Positions 63,871 through 64,000 of a stretch of 64,000 nt of DNA are shown in pieces. This stretch comes from an uncultured Gammaproteobacteria bacterium (lineage in GTDB: Bacteria > Pseudomonadota > Gammaproteobacteria > UBA6002), in assembly GCA_963705725.1 (NCBI GenBank), contig CAVPKM010000016.1, positions 32,001-96,000 of the forward strand. The letters run 5' to 3'. Position 1 is the first letter of the stretch. Each line of letters begins with the position of its first letter. The position numbers and the translations under genes were made by a program. Below the pieces are notes generated by a model, which was given only the letters and a program-made list of their open reading frames with translations, did not search any database and had not been told where the DNA came from.

Positions 63871-64000
63871 ATTAGGTCAAGTCCGCATCATTGGCGGGGA
63901 GCTTCGCAGTCGCATTATTCATTTTCCTATTATTCCAGGACTGCGCCCCACACCGAATCGAATTCGGGAAACGTTGTTTAATTGGCTTACACCCATCATA
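63842..64000 (+). CDS. rsmD: 16S rRNA m2G966 methyltransferase, 5' part (frameshift near 63898; runs off window)
   Basis: 'GQVRIIGG' in one frame continues as 'LRSRIIHFPIIPGLRPTPNRIRETLFNWL' in another. Confidence 0.8.
   Translation, partial: MSKKQVRRPKLGQVRIIGGELRSRIIHFPIIPGLRPTPNRIRETLFNWLTPII

Overview
An AT-rich, gene-dense chromosomal window from a Gammaproteobacterium, most likely Legionellales/Coxiellaceae-like. The evidence is KdoO, a Com1-type DsbA, Legionella-type OMP barrels, an ankyrin effector-like gene, and the order rpmH-uspA-glyS-glyQ-com1-rpoH-ftsY-M16 peptidases. Most genes are housekeeping: rsmE, rpiA, prlC, nudF, tolC, waaA, efp/epmA, parC/parE, gshAB, ggt, glmU, the full atp operon, parAB, rsmG, mnmG, mnmE, yidC, rnpA, rpmH, glyQS, rpoH and ftsY. 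The probable oriC (AT-rich DUE, two perfect DnaA boxes, one perfect IHF site) lies upstream of rpmH with no dnaA beside it. The most unusual items are: (1) a 1117-aa outer-membrane protein of three tandem Lpg1974/MOMP-like beta-barrels joined by Cys-rich linkers, near a Cys-rich TolC; (2) a candidate CsrA-binding (Rsm/Csr-type) sRNA between rsmE and a purine nucleoside phosphorylase gene; (3) a dispersed family of palindromic MITE-like elements with GTAACTATTCAGC...GCTGAATAGTTAC ends, comprising one ~172-bp copy and six truncated or internally deleted copies; (4) an ankyrin/2-TM/coiled-coil effector candidate; (5) a host-attachment/HPF-CSD/YbaK translation-dormancy cluster; (6) single-base frameshifts in djlA (two), gshA and rsmD that may be assembly errors. 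I saw no rRNA, tRNA, CRISPR array or transposase. All calls come from reading the sequence; no searches were run.
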